Source of the DNA: Rhina ancylostomus
Taxonomy: Eukaryota
Reading direction: 5' to 3'
NCBI GenBank assembly: GCA_030265395.1
Contig: JARFYF010000053.1
Span: 12,465,173-12,529,172 of the forward strand
Length of the DNA stretch: 64,000 bases
The notes below the pieces were generated by a model. The model made no database searches, was not told the origin of the DNA, and saw only the letters and a program-made list of their open reading frames with translations. This document shows, one piece after another, positions 63,991 through 64,000 of this stretch (position 1 is its first letter; every line of letters starts with the position of its first letter). The translations under genes and the position numbers were made by a program.

Positions 63991-64000
63991 TACAGAAGGC

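Noticed and set aside
54692-64000. RAP1A first exon, CpG island or promoter
   Set aside because: No CpG-rich segment is present; the region looks like repeat-laden intron 1.

Overview
This is eukaryotic (vertebrate) genomic DNA from a gappy draft assembly, not a prokaryotic or viral region. The repeat content (tRNA-head V-SINEs, Deu-domain SINEs, CR1, Rex1/Babar) points to a cartilaginous fish; this is inference. The one protein-coding gene I can support is RAP1A, a Ras-family small GTPase, on the minus strand. It has six coding exons (54662-54606, 49631-49563, 44913-44857, 42267-42127, 27858-27715, 26058-25972) with canonical GT-AG, all phase-0 introns, giving an intact 184-aa protein ending in CMLL. 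An intron lies 29 nt after the stop, followed by a terminal 3'UTR exon from 22914 to about 21150. The non-coding first exon and promoter were not found and probably lie beyond 64000. The rest is intronic or intergenic DNA rich in decayed retroelements, including a near full-length Rex1/Babar LINE at ~4.6-8.2 kb and a Tc1 element nested in a Tigger-like MITE. I see no convincing new multi-gene system. The best leads are: (1) a regenerated CAG|GTATGA splice donor at the 3'UTR exon junction; (2) an old local duplication around coding exon 2, possibly with a decayed exon copy; (3) V-SINEs carrying either CR1-type or Rex1-type 3' tails; (4) the nested Tc1. Exon coordinates were read base by base. 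Repeat boundaries are approximate, and family names come from motif recognition, not from a database search.
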